A stretch of DNA of 29,570 bases from an uncultured virus (IMG/VR IMGVR_UViG_3300027791_000011) (IMGVR_UViG_3300027791_000011); one strand, 5' to 3'. Positions 7,338 through 21,300 are shown, counted from the first letter of the stretch. Notes: generated by a model not told the origin, from the letters alone. Made by a program: numbers and translations.

Positions 7338-9303
7338 AATCTTTCTTTTTATGTTTTTTATTATATGCTTTCTTTTTATCTGATCTTCGTTTTTTAGCTA
7401 ATTCTGCTTTATAATCCTTTGAATTCTTAGGAAGATGCACAGAAGAGTCTTCAATTAAGGCTGTAGGATAATACCCATCATCTATACGTGTACTAGAATG
7501 AAGTTTACTAGAAGACACACCCATTTCACAAGCTAATGGATTACCAGGTATACTTCCTGTTGCCTTGCAATCATTCTGAGTAACATACACATTACAACAA
7601 TTAGCAGGCTGATAGGTTGCATGCCAAGGGTAACACATAGTAATTCCTGTTGGAGCTGATGGATTCCAATCTATACAGATTGATGGGAACTCATACATAG
7701 CAAAATTAGAATAAGTTGTAGATGATGGATTTCCTAACCAAGTTTCATTAATTGCATTTTCAAAAACATAATTTGATGCAGGATTGGCAGTATGTGCGCA
7801 CTCAATTTTAATATACGCCCCACTAGAACTTCCATAAGATCCATTTATATGTCTAGAATAATCTATCACAGGGTAATCTCCAAGCAAATGAGTTGCATTT
7901 ATAAGTTTAACAGTTATCCGTGGCTCCATAACCATTGGCCCTGAAGACTCTGATACCACCGGTATATTATTTATTCTAAAAAGATTAGCGTAATGCCATT
8001 TACCTAGAAACATAAAATCTGCATCCCACATAGTAATTGTGTATCCTTCTGATTCATCTAACCAATCGTTTTTAGTTATAGTTTGACCTTTAACGTCTTT
8101 TTTGTTTAAATAAAGAAATGCATGATGACTACCCATAACACTATCACCTTCTAAAGGGCTTTGTAGCACTCCTGCTGGTTGTGCTCCGGGCCCTCCACCA
8201 CCAGAATATACAGTAGTTGTATCTAGAATAGGAGTACCATTACCAGGATGAACACCACTCCATCCACACAGAGATCCAGGTACTGAACCACACGTACCGT
8301 CTCTATAGTTATAATCAACACATTCAGGAGTCATGTCAGGACACGAAACCCCTCCACTTGTAAGTACAAAATCATCTATTGGCCCTATTACAACAGGCTT
8401 AACACATGTAAACTTTCTAACAGCTCTAACTCTTCTCGTAAAACATCTATAGCTAGAATCAAAATCCCAATTTGTAGTGTCAGACCTCATACTTATAGCG
8501 GCAGTTTCTGGTCCTTGAGGAAATGAAAGATTAAAATTTTGTATATTTGCTCCGTCAGTAGCGCTAGAAGTCCAATAATGTACAGGAGAAATACCATCAA
8601 GTCCTACTAAATCAAACTGAGCTGCATTGTATTGAGGGTTAGACGTTCCTTGCATAACACCTACAGTCCATTTCGCTACTAAAAATTCAGCAAAAGAAGG
8701 TAAAAACCAATCTGTTTTATTTCCACCTTGATAGTCTTTAGCTAATCTAAAAGCAACATTTCTTGAATTATTATTTGGAGAACAAGGTGTGTACGGCGCA
8801 CATGCGCTATCTCCACCTGGATTGATTGAAAGGTCACTGCTGTACAGATTAGTGTCAGCAGTATACATAGTATTAGTATTATTCTGACCTTGTCCCCACC
8901 ACATATTTGTACCTGAATTTAAGCCAGTAACACCAAGTAGCCCCCATTCAGAACCACCGGGATGGTAACTACATCCTTTTGTTTTTGGATGAAGAGCAGG
9001 ATAGAATATTCCTAAATCTAATCCTAGTCTCCAATCTGGCTCATCAATACTAGATAAATCATGGCTTATTTCCCAATATTCATTTGCAGGAATCATTGAT
9101 GGGCTTCCTGGTATTCCAAAAATAATACCACCTCCAGGACCTACATCACCTATCTTATAGCATAACGTATGAGTTGAAGGATTATATGCATTAGCAGCAG
9201 ACGGTAAAGGAAAATTATCAGCATTATAAGGTGTTCCTTCTTTTGAGCTTCCTTTAGGTATTTGAAATTCTTTTATTTTAGTATCTTTATATTTTATTGC
9301 CAT
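7336..9303 (-). CDS. Cys/Gly/Pro-rich protein with N-terminal DUF1566 (Lcl-like C-type lectin fold) domain; putative receptor-binding/virion surface protein
   Basis: YKIGDVGPGGGIIF, YQGGNKTDWFLPS.AE, YWTSS and RVRAVRKF (approx. 8410-9159) form the DUF1566/CLec signature; about 17 Cys; Lys-rich C-terminal tail. Confidence 0.65.
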   Translation of the reverse strand: MAIKYKDTKIKEFQIPKGSSKEGTPYNADNFPLPSAANAYNPSTHTLCYKIGDVGPGGGIIFGIPGSPSMIPANEYWEISHDLSSIDEPDWRLGLDLGIFYPALHPKTKGCSYHPGGSEWGLLGVTGLNSGTNMWWGQGQNNTNTMYTADTNLYSSDLSINPGGDSACAPYTPCSPNNNSRNVAFRLAKDYQGGNKTDWFLPSFAEFLVAKWTVGVMQGTSNPQYNAAQFDLVGLDGISPVHYWTSSATDGANIQNFNLSFPQGPETAAISMRSDTTNWDFDSSYRCFTRRVRAVRKFTCVKPVVIGPIDDFVLTSGGVSCPDMTPECVDYNYRDGTCGSVPGSLCGWSGVHPGNGTPILDTTTVYSGGGGPGAQPAGVLQSPLEGDSVMGSHHAFLYLNKKDVKGQTITKNDWLDESEGYTITMWDADFMFLGKWHYANLFRINNIPVVSESSGPMVMEPRITVKLINATHLLGDYPVIDYSRHINGSYGSSSGAYIKIECAHTANPASNYVFENAINETWLGNPSSTTYSNFAMYEFPSICIDWNPSAPTGITMCYPWHATYQPANCCNVYVTQNDCKATGSIPGNPLACEMGVSSSKLHSSTRIDDGYYPTALIEDSSVHLPKNSKDYKAELAKKRRSDKKKAYNKKHKKKD

Positions 9304-9307
9304 AATT

Positions 9308-12300
9308 TTATTTTATTAATCCATATCTATTCAACTCGTACTGTACTGACCAAAATGGTACATTTTTACTTAATTGTTTTAATCCTCTTATTTGTCCATC
9401 TCTAGTTCTTTCCCCTCCTATAATACCATTACCCATAACTTCCATAAAAGAAGCACTAAAATCATGAGCCATTTGTACGGTGGCAAAAGGCAGCTTAGCA
9501 GTACGTGCAATTTCTAAAGGATTATACCCTTGCATCATATCACTAGCTAAAAATTGTAATTTTTGACCATAAAACTCTTCTTCTTCCCCATCACCTTCAG
9601 CAACAGCTAAAGATAATTGCATAATAAATGTTAACATAGCAGCTTTAGTTAAAAAGTCAATAGCCCCTTCTTTATCTCTTGGGCTCAATTCGCTCCACGC
9701 AAATCTATCTCCAGTTTTACCTAAACTAATAATTCTTGCAAACATACCTAAAACAACATAAGCTCTACCTCTATGTACCGCGTTAGTCCATTCCATTGCA
9801 GGTAACTCTGAAGTAATTTGATTACCTGCAGCGTCTGTAGTAGTAATGGTTTGTAGATTTTCAGGTCTATTACCATTTTTATCTACTAATCCATTGTAAA
9901 CCTCTGTATTACCGTCATGCCAATTCTCGTACCAACCTAAAGATTGACTGCTTTGTTTACCTTGCCAAGCACTAGCAAGTAAAGAAGGTAAATATTTTTT
10001 AAATTGTAAAAACCAAGACCCTAAAGCATGTGCCTCCATCATTGTTCGCTCATGTCTTCTGTATCCCCCGTGTAGTAATGTAGACACATTATACATTCTT
10101 TGGATTTCTTCTGTTGTTAAATCTGTAACAACTGTCTCTAATCCTCCTGCGTCTTTTTTAACAAATCTAGCATTATATTTTTTCTTTCCTGTGTTTTTAT
10201 CTATTTTATATTCTAACCAATTTCCTTTGTTGTCATAATTATCCCAAATACTACTACCATCTGTATGCTTCATTTTTTTCATTTGAGCTGCTAAAAGTAC
10301 TGCGTGTCCCCACTCTTCATGTATAGCGTGGAAAAAGAATAAATTACCATATCTAAATGCAGGGTTCTTTAAGGCTCTAAGATCAGACTTATCTATTGCA
10401 TAATCATAATTATCTGGTAAATAGTTATATCTATTCATAAGATTATATAACTTGTTTTTATGCCTAGTACCTGTAATCTGAGATCCAAAATATTTACGGA
10501 CTTCTCTCATTCCAAATCTTATATCACCCATACTAAAGTCTATAGCGCTTTCCGGCACACCTACTCTCTTGGCTATACTCCCTTTCATACCTGCAGCTAA
10601 TGTATACATAGTAATAATAGCACCATTAAAAGTACCTCCACCAACTCTTAGCCATAAAGCTACTCCTGTTCTTAAATCTTTCATTGCCATCATGGCTTGA
10701 TATAGATTTATCTTATATTTTTTAGGAATTCCATTCTCATCTACATTAAAAGGATTTTCCACAGTAAGATCTTGCGAAGCCCAATCAGCATCAATCATTT
10801 TACGATTAAGTATGTTAAGCATTATTTCTTTTTCCATAAATGCTTCAAATCTTTTAAAGTTTCTTCCTGCTTTAGTTCCTAATTTAGCTATCTTTCTAAA
10901 TGAATACCAACCCTTTAATCCTTGAGCAAACGCCAATGCAGGGTCCATATTATTCTTTTTAAATAAAGAGTTCATAAATTCTAAATGCATTCTTTCTACA
11001 TCAAAACTGTGCTCTCCACTACTAATTACTGAAGAATTACCTAAGAACTGTATAGGTATTAAATTACCAGCAGTTACATAATCTTCTTGATACACTTTTT
11101 CGTAGTAAAAAGATAAATTTCTTCTCTTCCAGTCTCTAAAACTATCTCTAGCTCGTTTACCAGTTTTTGATATAGTAGAATCGTTTTCATAACGTTCTAA
11201 TATTTCAGCTCCACTAGCAGGTAACCTAGGTGCAAAATATTCTGTTAACTTCCCTTCTTTAGTAACATCAGTTCTATTTTTTAAATTTAACATAGTACCA
11301 ACATCCTGTTTATACCCATATTTATCTACATAAGCTGTTTTAGTAGTTACTTTACTAAATTCTTCATTTTGCCTTTTATGCATATATAAGATAATATCAT
11401 GCTGAGCTTGTGTAAGTTTTCCGTCTTTAAATTCTTTTTTAGCTTCTGCTACAGTTTTTGCATAGTATCCAGGACTATTCTGAATTCCAGAATCTCTATA
11501 TACCCAATAAAAACTCCACATATCCCTCATATTTAAAAGATTAATTTGTCTAGCTGTAACCATAGCAACTGCACCTTTAACAGATCTACTTGCTACATAC
11601 TCAGATCTTATGTTTTCTACATATTGTCTAAAAGCTGCTTGTTCATTAAATCTATCTTTCATAAAAGAGTCGTGGTGATCTCCCCACATCTTAGTATAAG
11701 TTTGTATTCTTTTAGAGCCTATATTCCAAAGCATACCAACCCATTGTTTAAATACTCCTAAATTTTCAGATCCATCTAAATCTCCTTTTGAGCTTTGTTG
11801 AGTTTTCATTAACTCATCTGTTAACTCTCTTAGATCTTTCTCATCTCTAGTGGGATTAGTAGATTCGTTCATACTTAGTCTATTACTAAGCAGCTCTGCT
11901 TGCATTTTATAATATTCTATTCTTTCTTTAATAGGCATAGCTGCACCTTTAATAAAGATATCTTTAGTTATATTTTCATCTTTAGCTAAATAATTTCTAA
12001 AATCTAATAACCCTTTAGTTTTAAGTTTATTATAAATATCAGAATTAGTTCTTTTGTAAAATTCTCCTATTATAGGTAAGAAGTCTTCTAAATTTACTTG
12101 CTCTGGTTCTTGTTTTAAATTACTTCTATCTAAATGATGAACAATTATTTTAGAAAATTTAGCTTTAGGAGAATGCTCTTTAATCATTATAGCACGCATA
12201 GTAAGCTCTAACTTAGCTCTGTTTAACTTAGTATTATAAATATCACTAGTAGCTCCATCTGCAAATGGCATATACTCTGCGTACGTATCAGAAGAGTAAA

Positions 12301-15300
12301 ACCTACTACCAGATTTATAATCTACCATATGTAAAGTTCCATTAGGTTTTTGTACTAGAACGTCAATTTGAGTTGCTACTCCCATTATAGGACTATGTAG
12401 CATTAACTCTGCAGATATATTATCTGAATCTGTTATACCTAGCATTTTTATGTATATGTCTTTAACTTGCTCTAGCCAATTTACTTGGTATTGGTGTATT
12501 TCATCTTGATCTCCTTTAGCTTGCATTAATTCTTGTTGCTCAGCTCTCAGCTTTGCAATAGTTGCTTCAGTTTCTTTACCCTGATCAACCATTCTTTTTG
12601 CTAAATTTATTTGCATAATTTTATGAGCGACACTACCATAAGCTGATGCGGTAGCTGCATTCTTATTAAAATAAGACACTAACTCTGTGTATGTATATTC
12701 TACACCATTTAAAGTAACTTTATCTGTTTCTAAACTCTTTTTATAATTTTCAAAAATACTATTAGCTATAGATTCAGAATTAACTTTATCAGGATCATTA
12801 CCAAAGTTTTTTTGAATATCATTAGTAAGTCTTTCATATTTTCCATCTCTTCCTGCATATGTTTTTTGATCTGGAGATAAATTTAACAATTCTTGTGCTG
12901 CAGTATCTTTAAGCTCTTTAATAATATCAACAGGACTACTCATTTTAGTTTGGTCAGTGCCGGACTCTTCTTCCATTTTCTGATACCTAGTAGTCATATT
13001 CTCTGTAGTAGAAATATTTTCTTTTGTAGACATATCAGCCATTATCTTTTGAATACTAATACCAGTACTTGACATAAAATCAGACTCAGACGTCATAATT
13101 TTAGATTCTCCATATGCCATATAGTATCCTAAAATATTTAAAGGAGTAGTTGCATTCAAATCTCCTGGTTTAATAATATAATCTTTATTCATAAATTGTT
13201 TCCACACCCTTTTAAGATATTTCATCAATTTTTCAATAACCTTAAACAAAACACTCCCAGTGTTAGTAATAGCTTTTCCAGCATATTTACCAATAGCTTC
13301 TACTATAGCTTCTTCTATTTGATCCTCCTCACTTAATTCTGGATATCTTCTTTTTACTCCATTTAAAATATTACCTTCTGATAATATAGCGTTTCTTAAA
13401 TTAGTGTACAAAGGCTTATTACTTTTTCTTATAGAAGCTACCCATGGATGCGCTATCTCATGAAAAGGAGTATCTAATGTAGCATAAGCTAAATTAACAA
13501 CAGCTATTCCGTCTTGGAACTTTCCTTTAAATAATAAATTTTTATCATTTTCAATTTTATATTCAATTCCAAATCTAGCTTGTAGCTTTTTTAGAATGTT
13601 TTCCATTATTTGTTTAGGAACTGTTTCTTGATCTTGTTCTTGAGCAAATTTATCTATTTTTTGTTGCTTTATATCTACAGTAGGAGTTTCATTAATATCC
13701 TCTATAGTTTCTGTAGTAGGCTCTACTAGATGCAAAGAAGCAGGCTGTCCTAAAATATAATCATATCTATTTTTACTTTTCTTTGTCGTTTTGTCAAGAA
13801 GATCATCTAGTTGTTTATTATATTTTTCTATAGTTTTATCAGTTTTAGAAGAATTGATTTTTTCTTCTAACTGTGCTATTTTTTTAACAGTGTCTTTACC
13901 CCAATTATCTACAATACCAAGAACGTTATACATAACAGCTCTTTTCCTTGTATGATCATCATAAGTTCTTAGAATCATATTACCTCCATCTTGCACTCCT
14001 CTTATTTTCTTATTATTTCTAGGGGTGTATATAATTTCTTGTTTAATCTCTCCTTCTTCAGTAAATAAATTTTCTATAGCTCTAGTTAAAACATCTTTTC
14101 TAAAATAGACACTATGATCATATGGTAAATCTCCTACAGTTTTATCTGATGTATATTTAGATGTACTAAACGCTTCTTGACCGTCTCCTACTTTTTGATA
14201 ATATGCGTGACCACCTTCTTCTAATTCATCCATGTATACTCTTATATATACAGCACCATTTTTTTGGTTAGACATTAACAAAGGAGGGTTACTTCTTAAA
14301 TCTTTAGATGTCTTTATATCATACAAAATTTGAGATTCTCCTAGAGACTCTACACCTCCAAAATCTACAATAGAACTTTTAGTTGTCTCTGTTCTAGCAC
14401 TACTATCAATTTTATAATGTGATGGTAGTGTTTTATAGTTATTTAAAGCAAATTGTATTAAAAAATCAGTTCTAAGATTATTTAGTTGTGTAACTCCCTT
14501 GTCTGTATAAGCAAATTTTCTAGCTAGTGTGTTTATAGCGGTATCAACTTTACTTAAGTATGTTGGATTTAAAACCATAGTAATATTTGATGCTCCGAAA
14601 GCTAACCCCTCATTTAAAGTAGCATATTTAACAATATCTTCTTTTAAATTTGGACTTAACTTCTCAAATTGCTCATATATACCGTGGATTTCTTCAACAT
14701 TTAATCCAGCTGCATTAGAATATTTCATATATCTTAATCCAGATTTACGCTTAACTATAAGTAAATTACTTAAAAACCCATTAGTATTTTTATCTTCATG
14801 ATTTTTTATTTGATCAATAAGAGTTTCGTTAAATGCGTCAATACCACCTATAGTAACTTTTTTACTACCATATGATAAATACTCTGTAGTCTCTTGTTGA
14901 TCTGTGTTATAATAAGAAGCAGCTAAATATTTTGTAAACTCGCCTCTTACATATTCTGACACACTATGAGGTGTTTCTCCAAATTCTACACTATACCCAT
15001 TAATCATTTTGTTACTAAAATCTACTAGTTGAGGAGCATGTTTTGGAAGCATTGCACCTATAAGATCATGTAATACAGATACAGATTTAATAGCACTTCG
15101 TATGTGAGGATTTCTATTTAAAAATTGAGGTATAGTAAATTGTATACCCTCCCCTTTATTACTAATATATTCTGTAGTTTCTTCTGTTTCACCTGTAATT
15201 TGCTCCCATGCCTCTTTACTAGAAGCAATCTCATTAAATGTTCCAGGTAATTTTTTTAGTATGTTTAACTCCCTAGATATAGTATTTAAATTTTTAGCTG

Positions 15301-18300
15301 GTATAATTAAAGTATTAAATAGTCTTAATACTTGGTGTTGGAATATAAGCTCATTTTTAGTTAGATCAGAAAGTTCTTTTATTTTATTATTTTTCTTATC
15401 AAAAGATTTATTAAGTTTTGAGCTAGTAATTTTTACATCTTTATTTGATAAAGCTTCGTACTGAGCTTCTGTCATACCTTTTTCTAATAGCTCATTTTTT
15501 AAAGCGGATCTAGCAGATATCATAGCTTGATATTGACCTTTATTACTAGTACCTATTTGTCTTACAATAGGTTGAGACACAATATTAGTTGCTGTCTTTA
15601 AAGGAACTCCAAACCCAATCATTAAAGCTAACTCTGATCCTGTATTATTGTTTATATTAAGTATGTATAATATTTGTTCTTTTGCATTATCAATAGCTGC
15701 ATTAATAAACATATCTAATGTTTGCCATATAGTATAGTCTGACTTAACTATCTTTCCAGAGCTATTTTTAGATATTTCATATCTATGGAATTGACCATAA
15801 TCTACATCATCTATATTAAAAGAAATGTCATTACCATTAGAGTCGACTAGTTTAGGTGTTAAATTTGTAAATCTTTTTCTACCTTTATAATCTTTAGCCA
15901 TTACCTGTTCTCCTGCACTAAACATATAAGCCATTGCTTTCATTAAATTAGCAAACTGACCAACAAGCTGTGCACCATCTTTATTACTTTGATGCATATG
16001 AGACTCATCTAAAGGTAACATTAAATTTTTAGTAGGTAGCAGTTCATTTACTTGTACACCTAACTTCTTTGCAAAATCAGAAAATACAGAATTTTCTTGA
16101 CCATTTATTAAATCTAAACTAATAGGAGTCATCATTGACATTCTATTCTTATCAGCTTGAATAACATCTAAATAAATTTCTAATAATCTATTTTTCTTAG
16201 CAGCTAATTTAATTTCTTGTATTTTTTTAAGATTTCTATTTAGAGCTTTTATTTGATTCTTATCAAGAGTTTGATTTAAAAGATCTGCTGTGATTAAACC
16301 TTCAATATGCTCAGCTTGTTCAAAATTTAATTCTCTATCTATAGGGATTAAAATATTTGACGGATCTAAAGCATCAACTAATCCTTCAGCATTAGTAGCA
16401 TATATATATCTACCATTCTTATCTTTATCCATCATTATAGCTCTTCTTATAATAAATAATGAATCGACATCAAAATCAGAACCATGTAAAGGAACAACTT
16501 CTTTAGGTGTTATTATTACATTAGTTTCAGATGAGTCATAAAAACCTACTACTCTTAAAGCTATAGCAGAATGAAGCTCTGTAGATGGTATACGGAACCC
16601 TAAGATATTGCCTTGGTCTGTTTTTTGATATACATCAGAACCTATAGGTATTTGCTCTCTATATATAGCAGGCATTATAACTTCTACGTAAGGTTTAGAC
16701 CCTGTAATATGTTTAAGTTCTCTTTCTTTAGCGTTTAGCTGTCGCTTCATAGCGCTTAGCGTTACTCCCTCAGCTTCAGCTCTGTTTACTAAATCATCAT
16801 AAGTTAATATTCCTTCAGTAGTTTGATATATATCTATACCATATGAAGATTGTAATACTAATTTAGAACCAGGTAATCTAAATGATACTGTAGATTTACT
16901 AAATTGTGATGATAAAGTAGATACTACTTTATTTACAAGTCCTGGAAAATTTAAATCTACTGCATTCTCAGTTACAAAAGTGTTTCCTTTTTGTGTTGTT
17001 ACTTTAGCATTTAACATTTCAGCTTCTTTCTGCCCAGACTCCAAAGCCTTCATAGACGCTAATACTCTAGATCTAACTTTAGATCTTACAGATTCTTTAT
17101 TCTTTACATCTCTGTACGTTTTAACTTGTCCTGAAGCATTTAGCAATCCAAGTTCTCCTAAAAAATTATGTAAACCCATCTCCATAATTTCAGAAGTTAC
17201 TTTATAGTATTCTGCAGCTTCTGTTCTATTGTTACCGTTAGTATTTATAAGGTATGTGAGCTGAGACATATTAGCTACTAGAGCATTCACATCTGCTATT
17301 GGATCTAACTGAATTCTAAACCCTTTATTAGACAGCTCTACAATAGAGTCTGTATGTATAATAGGGTTAAAATCTCTGGTAGATGTTTTTGTAACAACAT
17401 TATTTCCGTTTACATTTACTATTGTTTTATACCCATGTTTAGATAATACTAAAGGTTGGCCGTTTTTAAAACCACTTGCAAAAACAGTTTCGTCTACCTC
17501 ATTCTTTCTCATTTCTTCTAAAACCTTTTTAAGCTTAGGTTGTTTAGATATTAACTCATCACTTAAAACTATACTAGAATACTTCATAGTTCTTAGTATG
17601 CCGTTATTGTCTACTTTTGCATACACACCCTTCATTACCTTTCCTAAATTAAGTCCAGGGAATCCTCTCATTATGTCGGCAGCTCTCTCTGGAGTCATCA
17701 ATCCTTGTGCATCAGCTAAATCAAATGTAATGCCATGTATATTTTTAAGATCGTCTTGTAGTTTATTATATTCTCTTTGAGTTAAATAATCAAATGCACT
17801 GCCTTTAGGATCTTCCATTACAGCAACTTTAAACTTTTCCTTCATACCAAAGTTCTGATTGATAGTCCCTGCAGTACCTGGTGCAAACACAATAGACATT
17901 CTTTTAATTAGATCATACTCATTTTTAAATGCCCCTTGATCTCCTACTACTAATTGATTTAAAAAGAAACTGTTAACTGCATAATTCTGAACAAAAGTAC
18001 TAACTAAAGCACTTAGTGCCATTTCAGATGTAACCTCTTGTTGTGCGTCCATGTCTTTTCCTGTAACACCTTCAGACATAGCAAGTCCTATATCTAAACC
18101 TAAAGGAGCTAAAACATTTTTATCTGTTAGTTTCTTAGCAATGCTAATTAAATTTTGAGGAAGTTTTATATTATTCTCTGTTATATAATTTAATGTCTCA
18201 AGAGTATGTTCATTTATAGCTTTTAAAATATCTTTTGTTCTTTGAGATGATGATTTACCATTATTAAGTATGTCTTCAAACATAATAGCATGTGAAGCAT

Positions 18301-21300
18301 TATGCTTACCAACTAAAAATCCTTCTTCATTTCTAACTCTCTGTTCAGAAGATGTGTGTATTTTTTTAGTAGACTTACTTTTAGCGTCATGCTGATTAAC
18401 AATTGCAGCAACAGCATCTCTAACTTGTTCTTTACTAAGAACTCTTACAGTAGCACCTACTGGACTAGGTTTATCAGATATAGTATATAACTGTTGATCG
18501 TAAGATATAAAGTTAGATCCTGTACTTTTTAATCCTGTTAAAAACATATAAGTAAAATTACGCTCTAACCATTCAGGCTTACTCTCTCTTTTATACAATC
18601 TTGGAGAAGAGTAATTATTTGCATCTTCTATCCCATCTAAATCTTGTATAGATGTAATTTTATTTTTCACATCTGTGTCTCCTACAAAAATATTATACTT
18701 ATAAAAAGACTCATAACCAGCTGCTTTCTTTTGTAAATGCTCAGGTTTAACGTTATCTGCAAGAGATATTATAACTTCATCACCAAAAGAACTGTCATGA
18801 TATTTGTGGACCACATTACCTTCTATGTTTCTAATACTTTGAGACTTTGCTCTAGAATCTGTAGCATTTAAACTGCTAGATAATAAATCAAATAGAGTAC
18901 TATGATCATTTATAACATCTTCTAGAGTTTTTTCTCTAGTTATTTTCTTTTCTACTATATTACCTTTAGCGTCTTCAATTTCTTGTACGTCTTTTATTTT
19001 ATCCCCTATAGTATTTAAATCAGTTAAAAAGAATTTTAATGCTATAGCAATTTCTGACCCTTTTGATGCGTTAATGACATGATTGTCAAATGGAAACTTA
19101 ATAATATTAAAGAAATCTTCTATACCTTCTGCTGGATTTTTTTGAATTTTCTTTAATAACTTAGTAGTAATTAATTTCTTTTTTAATTGTGGCACAGACT
19201 GCTCAATAAAACTTTCTATTTTTTGTTCTATTGTAGCTTGATTACCAAATGTTTTTCTAAGAAACCATTTAAATTTAGTAATAACAGTTTGTTGCTCTGC
19301 ATTATAATCGCTTCTATACTGACCAACTTTTAATTTTTCTTCTCTTTTATTAGCAGTATTATTATAAATATTTCTAAGAGCTTTACTAGCTATTTCTTTT
19401 ATATACAACGCATGTAACCCTCCAGCTTCTACTTCTATCTTATTATCTTTTAAGGCTTTCATTATACGGCCCCAAAACTCTGAAGAAGATTCCATTGCTG
19501 ATCCTTGTCTTCTTCTTTTTATAGCTATTACATTCTCATTACTTTGTACCTTAGGGTTATATTCTTTAGAAATATTAATTGTATCGTCTTTAGATAATAA
19601 AAATAAATCTTCATCATAAAACTGTATATTAGTAGGTAAAGATTTAAAGTTATAATCAGTAGTATGAGCCTTATTAATAAGATCTATTACAGCATCTTTC
19701 ACAGCTAGGCCAGCTAAATTCTTAGCTCCTCCTAATTTATTAAACTTAGCATCTATATAGGTTACCATTTTTTCTTGAGTCATATCCATATCCATACCAT
19801 AGAATAATTGTAATAATCTAAAGTATCCATTTCTAACTCCAACCATTTTAGTTTCGTCTCCTACTTTATAACTTACGCTATTTATAAAATCAAGTGTGTG
19901 ATCTCTTAAACTGTTTACAGAGTCTTTACCTTTAGCAGATAAAATGTGATCTCTTAAATCTACATTAGATAGCTCTACTTCTGTATCTTCAAATCTTTCA
20001 GAAGATTCTTCATATAAAGTTTTAACTTTTTTTCTGTATAATTCATTGTGTAATGATCGTAATATACTAGTTTTAGATAAAGCGGAAAAAGCTTTATATA
20101 AATCAGATTCCCATCCTTTTAAATCTGCTACTGTCTCTCCCTCTTGTAAAAACCCAGCAGCCTCTTCTCTAAATATTTCTACTGTTTCTTTTAAAGCCTC
20201 TTCAGGATTAAGCGCAGGGTTAATGTAAAAATCCCCATCAATTTCTTGGCCTTCTTTACTATCATTATATAATAGATCATGATAAGCCATTAAAAATCTT
20301 TTCTTAGCTACTCTATAAACGCTAACAGATCCAAAGTCTTTAACAATATCTTGAAAATTTCTAGTAGGAGCTTCTACATTAATCTCGCCTTTAAAGTCTG
20401 AGAAATATCCATTATCTATATTTTGAAAGAATTTATCAATTTCAGTAACATTCTTATTTACTATACCAAAGAACTTTAATATCTTCTTAATATATTTTCT
20501 AAGCGTTGCAGAAATACTAGTATCCTTATCAAGAATCATAAAGTCTCTAAACAACTTCTCTTCAATCATTTCATCACTATATAAATTAGTGTCAAGAAAT
20601 TTGGCTTTATCTCTTAGCATTCTTATCTGATTTTCAATCGCTTGCATTTCAGCTTCTGTGGTATACTCCTGAAAAGTATCTCCGGACATCTTTTGGATAA
20701 TACTCTCCTGCTCTGAAATCACTCGTAGCTCCCGAAGCTCTTTTGTCAATTTACGAAGTCTGCCACTTTCTGCAAAATGCTCTCTAGCAGCTTGAAATAG
20801 TTTAACTCTTTCTCCTTCTGTTAAATAATGTGCAACAACTTTATGTCCTACCTCATGTCTAATCACATTTTCATAAACACCTGAGCCATCATTAACAAGA
20901 TATATAACATGATTCATAAATCTACCTAAAGTATTAGGCTCAGCTCCTGTTCTTTTTATTAACTCTAAAGCGCTTAGAATTTCAAATCCAGTTGTAACAT
21001 TCTTACCATCATTGTAAGTTAATAGTTTTGCCCTGCCATTTTTAGTAAATAAATCTGGCATTAGCTGACCAAGTATCTCTTTTGCTTTTTTATTAGATAC
21101 TTTATTACCTTTTAAGTCTTGTACCCCAAAGTTATCCATAAAATCTCTACTACGACCTCTACCGTTAACGTTCTTTCTTCTTGTTTTATCTTCAGTTTTT
21201 TCTTTTGTCTTTCTTTTTGAAGAGTCTTCTAACCTTGGGCTTTGTTCAGTACCTCTCTCTATAGATATAGATGTAGGGTGTACTCTGACTAGTATGTTTT

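Noticed and set aside
10300..10332. Possible third metallopeptidase motif HAIHEEWGH
   Set aside because: The spacing is HExxxH rather than HExxH, and the surrounding zincin beta-strand and third-ligand context is missing.
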